DNA of 64,000 bases, from NCBI GenBank assembly GCA_018266175.1, contig JAFEAY010000016.1, forward strand, positions 1,029 to 65,028. Reading direction: 5' to 3'. The position numbers and the translations under genes are program-made. This stretch comes from Candidatus Babelota bacterium. Lineage in GTDB: Bacteria; Babelota; Babeliae; Babelales; RVW-14. The notes under the pieces were generated by a model. That model did not search any database. It saw only the letters and a program-made list of their open reading frames with translations, and was not told the DNA's origin. This document shows, in pieces, positions 17,538 to 26,767 of this stretch. How positions within the stretch are numbered: the stretch's first letter is position 1; each line of letters opens with the position of its first letter.

Positions 17538-18703
17538 AGGTTACCGTTGCCGCAGGCGGACGATTTCACGCGCTTCACCTTGCAGCACAACTGGTTAAGC
17601 GTAATTGCCTAGAAAAGCTGATAACGTTTAGCTACACATCAACCGATAAGAAAGTTATCCCAGAAAATCTGGTAGCTCAAAGCAAGCTCTGCAACTTTAT
17701 TGATCAAAGTTATTGTCGACTCAGACTTGGACGCATCATACAACCTTCAACGCTCAATGTTTTTAAAGATAATTTATTTGACCGCTTTATCGCCAAACAA
17801 CTCCGCTCAAGCAAGCCGATTGATCTTTTTGTTGGATGGGCCCACTACGTTTTGAACAGCATTCCACTCATTAAAAAAAAGTCGGGACACTTAATTATCG
17901 AATCTGGGTCGTGCCACATTCTTGAACAACAAGAAATTTTGCAAACGGCATACACAGAGCTTGGGCTTTTGTATCCTCCCATTCATCCAGCAAATGCCGC
18001 TAAAATGGTCAAAGAATATGAGCTAGCAGACTACATTGTTACGCCATCTTCGTTTGCACGTGCAAGTTTTATCAAGCACGGCGTAGCTGCAGAAAAAATT
18101 ATTGTCGTCCCTTGCGGTGTTGATACGCAGTTTTTTAGAATCGAAAATAAAATTGAACCTGCAAAGTTTACGGTCATTTTTGTTGGCCTTCTGAGCGTAC
18201 GCAAAGGTGTTCATCACTTGCTTGAAGCATGGCAAAAGCTTGCACTGCCAGAATCGCAGGCTCAACTTATTCTTGTAGGCTCACTTCAAAAAGATTTATA
18301 TCAACTACTACCCAACTACAAGTTGGCAAACAATGTCATTATAAACGGACCAACCGACAAGCACAGTTTAAAAAAACTATATACTCAATCCAGTGTGCTT
18401 GTGCTTCCCTCGCTGGAAGATGGCTTTGGCATGGTTATTGGTGAAGCAATGGCAAGCGGATTACCGGTCATTACCACAACACATTGCGCCGGACCGGATT
18501 TGATTGAAGCTGGCAAAAATGGATTTGTTGTACCAGCTGCAAACAGCAATGCACTCGCTGAAAAAATTTCTTGGTGTTATCATAATCGTACAACTACACA
18601 TGAAATGGGAAAAGATGCCCAACAAAAGAGCTCTCAGCTCAGCTGGGACATCTATGGAAACACCATTTATGAGGTCTACCAAAAAATTGTGGGTGAAGAA
18701 TGA
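17534..18703 (+). CDS. Glycosyltransferase, GT4 (GT-B fold)
   Basis: 'LVLPSLEDGFGMVIGEAMASGLPVITT...GKNGFVV' (E-x7-E region). Confidence 0.8.
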   Translation: MKVTVAAGGRFHALHLAAQLVKRNCLEKLITFSYTSTDKKVIPENLVAQSKLCNFIDQSYCRLRLGRIIQPSTLNVFKDNLFDRFIAKQLRSSKPIDLFVGWAHYVLNSIPLIKKKSGHLIIESGSCHILEQQEILQTAYTELGLLYPPIHPANAAKMVKEYELADYIVTPSSFARASFIKHGVAAEKIIVVPCGVDTQFFRIENKIEPAKFTVIFVGLLSVRKGVHHLLEAWQKLALPESQAQLILVGSLQKDLYQLLPNYKLANNVIINGPTDKHSLKKLYTQSSVLVLPSLEDGFGMVIGEAMASGLPVITTTHCAGPDLIEAGKNGFVVPAANSNALAEKISWCYHNRTTTHEMGKDAQQKSSQLSWDIYGNTIYEVYQKIVGEE

Positions 18704-20016
18704 GTAATGAACTTCGAGCAAAAGTTGTTAAAAACTTTATCTCACTCAGCCTTGGTCAGTACGGCGGCATGCTTTGTAATATAGGTTTTTCTATTTGGTT
18801 ATCAAGACTTCTTGCTCCACGTGATTTTGGACTTTTGGCGATCACACTTTTTTATCTAACATTTTTTAACTGGTTTGTTGAATGGGGCTGGGAACAGGGA
18901 TTTATGGCGCACAAAGAGATCCCGCTCAACACTGCAGCAAGCACACATTTTTGGATTCGCTGCACACTTGGGCTTCTTCCTCTTTTAACTTTTTCAGTTG
19001 CTTACCCAATGCTTAGAATTATTTGTACGAGCGATAAAATTACGCTTTTATTAATGCTTGCAGCGATCTATTGGCTTGAAAAAATTGGGCTTACCTATCG
19101 CACAATTCTAGAAAAAAATTATCAACTTCACACACTTGCAGGGCTTGAGTTTTGCACCGTAGTAAGTAGCTACATTGTTGCAATTATTGCAGCACTTAAT
19201 GGACTTGGCATCTACAGCTTAGTTCTTCAGCGTCTTGTTGAAAAAGGGCTTATTTCACTTGCCTATTTTTTGGTCAGCCCTTGGAAAATTGGTTTTGATT
19301 TTGATTTAAATGTTGCGAAAACTTTTTTCAAAACATTTGGTATTGCAACCTGGCTTGGTGGCATTTTTAGCTTAACAATCTACGACTTCATGTCGTTTCT
19401 CATAGGCATGCTCAGCACAACAGATCAGGCAGGCTTTTACACAAAAGCATTTTCAATGGCAACATTTCCCGTCATGCTCACCGGAATTTTTGGACGGCTC
19501 ACGGTACCGCTCTACACACAATACCAATTTAATGTTCCAGAAATACGGAATATATTTGTTAAAACTCAAGCAATAAAAATGATTCTTCTTTTTCCCATAC
19601 AATTTCTTATGGCCTTTTACGCACATATTTGGATTCCTCTCCTCATAGGAAGTCAATGGGTTCCTATGGTACCGGTCTATCAAGTAATGACCGTTTATGG
19701 CATTGCACGAGCATTTTTTGATGATGTACCAGCGGTATATTTATACGGATTTAAAAACCCTTGGATGCTCACCAGAAACCAAATACTACAATCAGTTGTG
19801 ATTGTCACGTTAGGACCTCTTTTGGTTTATTTTTTTCAAGCATTTGGAGGAGCAATAGCCATCAGTTGCATGCTTGTTATTGCTGCAACCCTTTTCTGGA
19901 AAAATATCTGCACAACACTTGAATGCAAGACAAGTAATTTTATGGAATTTTTTATAGCCCTACCAGCACTTACAAAGTCGTATCTTACAGAACTTATTTT
20001 AAAACCAAAAACATAG
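18700..20016 (+). CDS. Wzx-like oligosaccharide flippase (MOP/PST family)
   Basis: A polytopic membrane protein of about 12 TM helices with the typical N-terminus 'NFISLSLGQYGGMLCNIGFSIWLSRLL.P.DFGL', inside a glycan cluster. Confidence 0.65.
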   Translation: MSNELRAKVVKNFISLSLGQYGGMLCNIGFSIWLSRLLAPRDFGLLAITLFYLTFFNWFVEWGWEQGFMAHKEIPLNTAASTHFWIRCTLGLLPLLTFSVAYPMLRIICTSDKITLLLMLAAIYWLEKIGLTYRTILEKNYQLHTLAGLEFCTVVSSYIVAIIAALNGLGIYSLVLQRLVEKGLISLAYFLVSPWKIGFDFDLNVAKTFFKTFGIATWLGGIFSLTIYDFMSFLIGMLSTTDQAGFYTKAFSMATFPVMLTGIFGRLTVPLYTQYQFNVPEIRNIFVKTQAIKMILLFPIQFLMAFYAHIWIPLLIGSQWVPMVPVYQVMTVYGIARAFFDDVPAVYLYGFKNPWMLTRNQILQSVVIVTLGPLLVYFFQAFGGAIAISCMLVIAATLFWKNICTTLECKTSNFMEFFIALPALTKSYLTELILKPKT

Positions 20017-20025
20017 TGTACTATT

Positions 20026-21054
20026 ATGGAAACCATAATGCTTATCGGCATGTTCAGCGAAAATAATGCTCAGTACGCCTATGCATCGTCATTTGCTCGA
20101 ACATTTTGCATACTGGGTTTTCGTGTTATCACTTTTAATAATCGACATCAATTTTTTTCATGGATTCCTAAGCGGTTCACAAATTGGCTTAATAATTACC
20201 TCATTAATCAATCGCTGCTCAAGCAAGTTCAAAAATATAAACCAAGCTTATTGTTCTTGATCAAGGCCGAAAATATTTTTCCAACGACACTCAAAACCAT
20301 CAAAGCAAAATATAACCCAACAATTGTTAATTTTTATCCAGATAATCCGTTTGCAGTATGGAATGGAAATTCAACACATCACGTACTTGCGTCATTACCA
20401 TTCTATGATCATTTTCTTATCTGGTCCCAAATGCTCATTCCCGTGCTCTATACCGCAGGATGCAAAAAGGTCCACTACTTCCCATTCGGATTTGAAGAAG
20501 AACTTTTTAATCAAATTCCTAAAATAGTTGATTCTGAATATCAATCTGAGGTCTGCTTTGTAGGCACATGGGAACCTGGACGTGAAGAATGGCTTACCAA
20601 CCTTCTTGCACGATTACCACATTTGAATCTTGCTATCTGGGGCGACTTATGGGGAAAAAACATATCACCTAAACATATCTTGCATACAAAAATACGTGGC
20701 CAAGCACTTTATGGAGAAAAAATGTTAGCTGCAACACAAGGAGCTGATATCGTTCTCAATTTCATTCGCGAACAAAATGCAACAGCACACAACATGCGCA
20801 CCTTCGAAGTGCCGGCAAGTGGTGCATTTTTACTGACACAACGTACATACGAACAAGCTGTATTATTGTTTACAGAAGATGAATCCATCGCTTGTTTTGA
20901 AAACTTAAGCGAACTAGTAGATCAAGTAACATTTTATTTAAATAATGCTGATCGACGAAAAAAAATTGCACAAAAAGGACATGAAGTCGTTCAGCAATAC
21001 ACCTTAAAAAAACAACTCTCTCTCTTTATATCTTCTCTTGAAAGGTTAACGTGA
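20026..21054 (+). CDS. CgeB-like glycosyltransferase-family protein
   Basis: The C-terminal 'HNMRTFEVPASGAFLLTQRT...F......ACFEN..ELVDQV.FYL.N...R.KIA..GHE' resembles the CgeB/Glyco_trans_1_2 domain. Confidence 0.55.
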   Translation: METIMLIGMFSENNAQYAYASSFARTFCILGFRVITFNNRHQFFSWIPKRFTNWLNNYLINQSLLKQVQKYKPSLLFLIKAENIFPTTLKTIKAKYNPTIVNFYPDNPFAVWNGNSTHHVLASLPFYDHFLIWSQMLIPVLYTAGCKKVHYFPFGFEEELFNQIPKIVDSEYQSEVCFVGTWEPGREEWLTNLLARLPHLNLAIWGDLWGKNISPKHILHTKIRGQALYGEKMLAATQGADIVLNFIREQNATAHNMRTFEVPASGAFLLTQRTYEQAVLLFTEDESIACFENLSELVDQVTFYLNNADRRKKIAQKGHEVVQQYTLKKQLSLFISSLERLT

Positions 21055-21752
21055 TTAATCCGGAACAAAAACCACAACTGAATTCTCAGATCACTCGGCA
21101 AGATCGTGATAAAAAACTTTCAGATGTAAAGCTCTCATACCTTAAAAAATACCTTCAACAATATGATATCCTTGATGTAGGTGCTGGCCGTTGTTACTAT
21201 AGCGATTGGATAGCTGAACATTATCCGGCAGCTCACATTACAGCACTTGATCACATTCCACTTGATGTAAGCAACCTGCCAAAAGAAATCTCCTATCACG
21301 TTACAGATCTTGAAAAGCCTCTTTATCTTGCCGATAAAACATTTAACTCAATTCTTGCTTTTGACATCATAGAACACATTTCACACGAAGAGCAGCTCGT
21401 TTTAGATCTTTTTAGACTGTGCAAACCAGGAGGTGTTTTGATTGGCTCAGTCCCTCACGATAATGATAAATTTTTACCAGCGTATAATCTCACGTTTAAC
21501 CATCGTCGTGACATGACGCATAAACGCTATTATATCCCTGAAACCCTACGCCAAGCACTTACACGTGCTGGTTTTTCAGATATTACCATCGAACTGCAAG
21601 GAGGAGCTTCGCCTCACGTTATTGCAGAATTTTTTCCTCAAGCATCGCAACTGCTTGTCAAAAAATGTATCGGACTTTTACGCAAGATTGGTATTATCAA
21701 CACAAAAATTCTTGCCTCTGACCTTTTTTTCGTTGCACACAAGGCCCTTTGA
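21051..21752 (+). CDS. Class I SAM-dependent methyltransferase
   Basis: 'ILDVGAGRCYYSDWIAE' (motif I), 'FDIIEHI', 'LCKPGGVLIGSVP'. GTG start overlaps the preceding stop. Confidence 0.75.
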   Translation: MINPEQKPQLNSQITRQDRDKKLSDVKLSYLKKYLQQYDILDVGAGRCYYSDWIAEHYPAAHITALDHIPLDVSNLPKEISYHVTDLEKPLYLADKTFNSILAFDIIEHISHEEQLVLDLFRLCKPGGVLIGSVPHDNDKFLPAYNLTFNHRRDMTHKRYYIPETLRQALTRAGFSDITIELQGGASPHVIAEFFPQASQLLVKKCIGLLRKIGIINTKILASDLFFVAHKAL

Positions 21753-21770
21753 GTGAGAAAAGGAGAACTG

Positions 21771-23096
21771 ATGAAGTTGCCTACCCAAAAACCTAAAATT
21801 GCTATTTTATCAATTCGTAATACTTATGATTACGGCGGAGTTCTGACCTCGCTTAAAATTATTTATAAATTTTGTTCAACATATTTTGAACCAACTGTTT
21901 TTTTTCTTGGATTTGATAAAGAAATTGCCGCAAGTTTACGTTCATTTAAATTTGTTTCTACCACCCAACCACTCACCTACTTTGGGATGAATTGTATTGA
22001 AATTGGTGCTCGGTGGGCATTTTGGGAACCAGGTCATTATAAATTTACAAGCGCGGAATGGAAAAAGCAGTTAGAAGGTTTTGACTATTTTTTTGCGGTA
22101 AGTGGAACTTGTATTGCTGCTCATCCCCTGATTCAACTTGATAAAAATTTTGCGATGTGGGTCTCAACGCCCTATGATGATGACCGCTCTGAGCGGGTCA
22201 AAAAGCTCACGGGGGTTTATTCATTACTCGATAAAATAGCCTCTCCTTTTATGCATAGAATTGAAAAAAAAGTTCTTGCTCGATCAACATTTATTTTTGC
22301 CTTGAGCAATTACTCAAAAGTTCAATTTGAACGGATTCTTGGAAAACCACGCCAAAATATGGTGCTCTGCGGGTTTCCCATGGATCCAAAAATAAAAGAG
22401 CTGCGAACACCGCCAACTGAACATGTTATTATCGCAGTTGGACGATTTAGTGATCCACGAAAAAATATTGATATGCTCATGCGAGCCTTCGAAAGAATTT
22501 TCACGACACTTCCGAGCTCAAAACTCTATGTGATTGGACAAAAGCCAAGTGATGAAAAATTACGCTCATGCGCACAACAATACAAAAGCTTTAAAAGTAT
22601 CACGTTTACAGGGCAAGTAAGCCAAGCCGATCTCAACAAGTTATATCGCAACGCATCACTCATGCTTATTACCTCTCATCAAGAAGGACTTGGGATTGTA
22701 GGACTTGAGGCGCTTTCGCACGGAATTCCAATTGTTGCAACCAACTGCGGCGGTCCTCGTGATTACGTTATCGAAAACCATACCGGCTACTTGGCGTCAA
22801 TTGACAATGATACCTGTATGGCACAAAAGGCGATTAAGATTTTAAAAAATCCAGAGCTCCATGCAAAAATGATGCGGAACGCTGTTCAATTTATTGCAGA
22901 AAATTTAGCAACTGAAAAGATTCATTCCATTTTCAAGCATGGCCTGACAACAACGTATCCCTCTCTTGAATCATGGTTTGCAACGTGCGATCAACAAATG
23001 AGTCAAAAGATTCATGGTGCTCAAAAAGATCCTGACGCTCAAACATACCCGCAAAGCAAGTCTCAAAAAACAACCTCTCCTGAGCAAAGCGTTTAG
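21771..23096 (+). CDS. Glycosyltransferase, GT4
   Basis: 'SHQEGLGIVGLEALSHGIPIVATNCGGPRDYVIENHTGYL'. AAAGGAG precedes ATG 21771 (the ORF track starts at GTG 21753). Confidence 0.8.
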   Translation: MKLPTQKPKIAILSIRNTYDYGGVLTSLKIIYKFCSTYFEPTVFFLGFDKEIAASLRSFKFVSTTQPLTYFGMNCIEIGARWAFWEPGHYKFTSAEWKKQLEGFDYFFAVSGTCIAAHPLIQLDKNFAMWVSTPYDDDRSERVKKLTGVYSLLDKIASPFMHRIEKKVLARSTFIFALSNYSKVQFERILGKPRQNMVLCGFPMDPKIKELRTPPTEHVIIAVGRFSDPRKNIDMLMRAFERIFTTLPSSKLYVIGQKPSDEKLRSCAQQYKSFKSITFTGQVSQADLNKLYRNASLMLITSHQEGLGIVGLEALSHGIPIVATNCGGPRDYVIENHTGYLASIDNDTCMAQKAIKILKNPELHAKMMRNAVQFIAENLATEKIHSIFKHGLTTTYPSLESWFATCDQQMSQKIHGAQKDPDAQTYPQSKSQKTTSPEQSV

Positions 23097-23100
23097 TCCC

Positions 23101-24258
23101 ATGAAAGTTTTGATCATCAGCCATACCTATATCTCTGCAATAAATCGAGATAAGTGGAAAGTTCTTGCACAAAGACATCCAGATATTACATTGACGGTTG
23201 TCTTCCCAACACAATGGGAAAATATCTTGTTTTCATATGACATCAAACAACCCGAACTCGACCAAGAAAAGATGAGCAATTGCTCATTTCTTGCAATTCC
23301 AGCATACAACATTGGAAATGAAGTTCGCTACTGTTATCACACAAAAAAGCTTTTAACTCTCTTAAAAGATTGTAAGCCAGATTTAGTGCATGTTGAACAG
23401 GGAGCAACAGCGCTCAGCTTTGCTCAAGTCATCCTGTGTTGCAAGTTTTTACGCCTCAAACCCCGATTTACCTTTTTTACCTGGATTAACTGGCGTCCCC
23501 AAAAAAGTTTGGGTGACCTTGTATTCTGGAATTTTGTCAGACGCTGGAATCTGCGTAACGTGCACGGTGGCTTTACCGGAAATCATGACGCTGCAAAAAT
23601 CTTACAAGAAGATGGTTTTACCAAACCAATATGCGTACTTCCGCAACTGGGCATCAGTTTAAAAAAATTTCATCCAGCACCACCAACGGAAAAAAATAAC
23701 TCAAAGCGGATTGGTTACGTTGGTCGTTTGGTACCTGAAAAAGGGGTACACCTGTTACTGAAGGCATTTGACCAAGTTTCTCGGTCACATCCAGACTGGG
23801 AACTCGTGTTTGTTGGTAGAGGTCCAGAGCAAGCAATGCTTCATGAATCAATTCATGATTTAGGTCTTTCCAAGCGTGTTACGATTATCAACCCTGTTCC
23901 ACATGAGGAAGTAGCAAATCTCATGCGCTCATTCTCGCTGTTTGTACTTCCACCATGCGATACACCGGGATGGAAAGAACAATTTGGCCATGTACTTATT
24001 GAGGCGATGGCATGCGGAATTCCAATTCTTGCAAGTAATGCGGGAGAGATCCCCAATGTTGTTGGTGATGCTGGTATAATTTTTGAACAGAAAAATCTTG
24101 AGGATTTAACACAAAAATTAGCGCACCTCATCAAAGATTCTGCACTTAGAGAAACACTAGCTCAAGCAGGGCTCAAGCGTGTTGAAAAATTTTATTCGCA
24201 TGAAGCAATTGCGGATGCAACGTATAATTTCTGGAAAACGATAAATTCGCTGGGTTAA
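23101..24258 (+). CDS. Glycosyltransferase, GT4
   Basis: 'MKVLIISHTYIS' N-terminus and 'EQFGHVLIEAMACGIPILASNAGEIPNVVGDAGIIF'. The ATG at 23101 follows the upstream stop at 23096. The ORF-track start at 23014 would overlap the previous gene. Confidence 0.8.
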   Translation: MKVLIISHTYISAINRDKWKVLAQRHPDITLTVVFPTQWENILFSYDIKQPELDQEKMSNCSFLAIPAYNIGNEVRYCYHTKKLLTLLKDCKPDLVHVEQGATALSFAQVILCCKFLRLKPRFTFFTWINWRPQKSLGDLVFWNFVRRWNLRNVHGGFTGNHDAAKILQEDGFTKPICVLPQLGISLKKFHPAPPTEKNNSKRIGYVGRLVPEKGVHLLLKAFDQVSRSHPDWELVFVGRGPEQAMLHESIHDLGLSKRVTIINPVPHEEVANLMRSFSLFVLPPCDTPGWKEQFGHVLIEAMACGIPILASNAGEIPNVVGDAGIIFEQKNLEDLTQKLAHLIKDSALRETLAQAGLKRVEKFYSHEAIADATYNFWKTINSLG

Positions 24259-24331
24259 CAGGTCTAAAAAACTTATGTTACAATAGTGCTATAAATTTGA
24301 CTGATACCTGTTAAGCGTGAGGATTTTTAAA

Positions 24332-24637
24332 ATGAAAAACCAAACGGTTACACGTTTTAAAGATGAGTTGCTTAAAATTATTCATAAGCACCTTCCCGGA
24401 TGCCAAGTCTATCTCTTTGGTTCTCGCGCACGAGCAAGCCACCAAGAAGGTGCCGACATGGATATTGCTCTTGATACTGGAGAAAAAATAGATTTCAGAA
24501 TACTCTTCAAAATCAAAGATGAAATAGAAGAAACCACTATTCCAGTATTTGTTGATATCATCGATCTCAATTCAGTCTCTAACAGCTTTAAAAATGAGAT
24601 AAAGCAGGATATGATCCCATGGCAAAACTTGAAATAA
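24332..24637 (+). CDS. Minimal nucleotidyltransferase (MNT; HI0073-like), antitoxin-type component
   Basis: 'VYLFGSRARASHQEGADMDIALD' is the G-S-x(n)-D-x-D polymerase-beta-type NTase motif. The protein is about 100 aa. GAGGA lies 8 nt before ATG 24332. Confidence 0.8.
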   Translation: MKNQTVTRFKDELLKIIHKHLPGCQVYLFGSRARASHQEGADMDIALDTGEKIDFRILFKIKDEIEETTIPVFVDIIDLNSVSNSFKNEIKQDMIPWQNLK

Positions 24638-25089
24638 AATATCAAGAACTTATCAAGGCTCTTGAATCACTCGACAGAGCAATTGAACTATTTAAGCGAG
24701 CTTCTGTGAAGAGGGAACAGATGCTACTCAGATCTCTTGATGAAGATCTTGCAGAGCTATACGGATATGATGAGATCATAAAAAGCTTTAGAGATTCGCT
24801 CATCCAGCGTTTTGAATACTCCGTTGATTCTTTTTGGAAACAAATCAAAGATTATTTAGAAATTGTTCTAGGAGAACAACTTGAAATGAAAGGACCTAAG
24901 CACATTGTTAGGGCTGCTGGAAAAGATGGTATTTTAAGCGAAGAAGAAGTAACTCAAGCCCTTGAAATGCTTAATCATAGAAACCTTACATCTCATATGT
25001 ATCGTGAAGAAATTGCTCAAGAAATCAGTGCAATAATCGATAGATACCATCAACTTATGGTGCGTGTCACTCAAAAAATAAAACCTTAA
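24619..25089 (+). CDS. HEPN-domain protein (nucleotidyltransferase substrate-binding protein, HI0074 family), toxin-type component
   Basis: R-x4-H motif 'HRNLTSHMY'. About 155 aa and helical. It overlaps the MNT gene by 19 nt. Confidence 0.75.
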   Translation: MAKLEIKYQELIKALESLDRAIELFKRASVKREQMLLRSLDEDLAELYGYDEIIKSFRDSLIQRFEYSVDSFWKQIKDYLEIVLGEQLEMKGPKHIVRAAGKDGILSEEEVTQALEMLNHRNLTSHMYREEIAQEISAIIDRYHQLMVRVTQKIKP

Positions 25090-25181
25090 TTAAAGACTAC
25101 TAGATAATACAATTCAATAAAACTCTTGTATGACTGCCTACTTTTTCAGATATAATAATATTTGAAAGGGGGGCTTTTCTT

Positions 25182-25619
25182 ATGAAATTATTATATTTTT
25201 TTGCTACAACAAGTCTATTATTATGTTTCAATCAACTTTTTTCTGTTCCCACTTTTGAAGATTTCATCAAAGACATACGCTATCTTTATGCCAACTCAGA
25301 AGCTACAATTTCTGAAGATGAAAAAGAAGACTCACAATCAGTTCTCATACGGGGAATGGAACAAGTGTGCAAACAATACATGCAAAAATTCCAACGCATC
25401 ATGTCAGCAAGAGATTTTAAAGAGATATCTGATTGGTCGCTCACGTTCTTCTTATTCAAATACGCAAAAGAGGGCAAAATTAATGATTTACAAGAACTTA
25501 TTACAAAATTTCCCAACCTCAAACGAGACCCACAAGATGGTAATGGAAAAATTCCAGCGGATTATGCCCGAGAAAATGGCCATACCGAATGTGAAAATCT
25601 TTTGATAATTCAAACATAG
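25182..25619 (+). CDS. Small exported ankyrin-repeat-like protein
   Basis: Signal-like N-terminus MKLLYFFATTSLLLCFNQLFS. The C-terminus 'YAKEGKINDLQELITKFPNLKRDPQDGNGKIPADYARENGHTECENLL' fits the ANK consensus (D..G.TP...A...GH.E....LL). Confidence 0.55.
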   Translation: MKLLYFFATTSLLLCFNQLFSVPTFEDFIKDIRYLYANSEATISEDEKEDSQSVLIRGMEQVCKQYMQKFQRIMSARDFKEISDWSLTFFLFKYAKEGKINDLQELITKFPNLKRDPQDGNGKIPADYARENGHTECENLLIIQT

Positions 25620-25718
25620 ACAAACCTTGAACAAATCAAAGCATTGACTTCAATTTCATGAGAAGCATACTTATTTTTATAAGGTAACATACTCATAAAA
25701 TATTTTTGGAGAGATGTA

Positions 25719-26690
25719 ATGATTCGATCTATACTACTGGTTATAACTTTTTTCTTTGTTTCCTATGCCCAACCAATGAATAAGTTCGAAACAAGTAATT
25801 TTAGCGTAAATTTTACCGTAGAACATGAAGAAGAAGATACTTCAGCTATTGATATTAAATGTTCGCAATGCAAAGAAAGCCTTGTTCATTATAATGAAGC
25901 TACACTAACCCAGCTTGCAAACATGTTAAAAAATGATGATGAATGGAAGAGCTTTTTACATGAGATTATTACAACAATCAAAGATAACCATTATATTCAA
26001 GGTATTTTAGAAAACTTAGAATGGAGATATGGCTTTAAGCTCAAAACGCACGTGACATTTAGAGAAGAAGACCTTGATACTGTTCAAGAAATCATCAACA
26101 CACTTGTAGCCAACTGCTATTTTTGTCACGAATCAAATGAACCCCAATTTCATAGCTTCTGCCTTAACAAATTAGAGAAATGTACTCAATGTAAGGAAAA
26201 AATAGATCGAGATTTTTTATTGCTCCTTCGTCCACCAACAGATATTAACTTTGGTAAAAAATCCATTAAAAATGATATCCATCAACATAAGTGGCTCAAA
26301 ACTAAAACTATAAAAGAATTCAATGCTTCACTTTTATCTGCAGAGAAAAATGTGCGGCTATATACTCTTTGTATAATCTATCTTTGTTGTATAACGGCGC
26401 CTGTTATACTTTTTGGCTCTCTTAATAATCATAAGGGCTTAATAGGTTTAGTTGGTTTTGGTAGCATTCTTTTTGTCTATTTCATGATGTTTACAATTGG
26501 TGCAACAGGTAACGATCGCCCCGAAGACAGCGTTACAGAAAGAGCTCTTTTAACCGCAAAAGATTTGAATGTACCCCTTAGATGGTATTTCGCTCAACTT
26601 CGAAATAATCATAGATTAAATTTTTATAGTATCGAAACCGAATCATCAAAGCAAGATGATGAAGAAGCGATGAGCATTGAAGAAGAATAG
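25719..26690 (+). CDS. Hypothetical membrane protein with a Cys/His zinc-finger-like motif and an acidic tail
   Basis: N-terminal signal/anchor, 'CSQCKESL', 'CYFCHESNEPQFHSFCLNKLEKCTQCKEKI', two TM helices near aa 205-265, and the tail 'QDDEEAMSIEEE'. Confidence 0.5.
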   Translation: MIRSILLVITFFFVSYAQPMNKFETSNFSVNFTVEHEEEDTSAIDIKCSQCKESLVHYNEATLTQLANMLKNDDEWKSFLHEIITTIKDNHYIQGILENLEWRYGFKLKTHVTFREEDLDTVQEIINTLVANCYFCHESNEPQFHSFCLNKLEKCTQCKEKIDRDFLLLLRPPTDINFGKKSIKNDIHQHKWLKTKTIKEFNASLLSAEKNVRLYTLCIIYLCCITAPVILFGSLNNHKGLIGLVGFGSILFVYFMMFTIGATGNDRPEDSVTERALLTAKDLNVPLRWYFAQLRNNHRLNFYSIETESSKQDDEEAMSIEEE

Positions 26691-26715
26691 CCAGCTGGCA
26701 AGGCTCAGATTCTAT

Positions 26716-26755
26716 CAAGTTGAGTGTCTGGCACTATTACAAAACACTCAACTTG
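26716..26755. terminator. Bidirectional hairpin between convergent genes (12-bp perfect stem)
   Basis: CAAGTTGAGTGT (26716-26727) pairs with ACACTCAACTTG (26744-26755) around a 16-nt loop. There is no strong T-run. Confidence 0.4.
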
Positions 26756-26767
26756 TTCAGTTTAATT

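Noticed and set aside
23014-23100. N-terminal extensions given by the ORF track for several genes: 23014, 28788, 52800, 12921, 21753, 24317, 45294, 47235, 37637, 6738.
   Set aside because: In each case a downstream in-frame ATG has a much better Shine-Dalgarno sequence, removes a long overlap with the preceding gene, or restores the canonical family N-terminus or signal peptide. The extended starts are often GTG/TTG with no Shine-Dalgarno sequence. The starts remain uncertain without experimental data.
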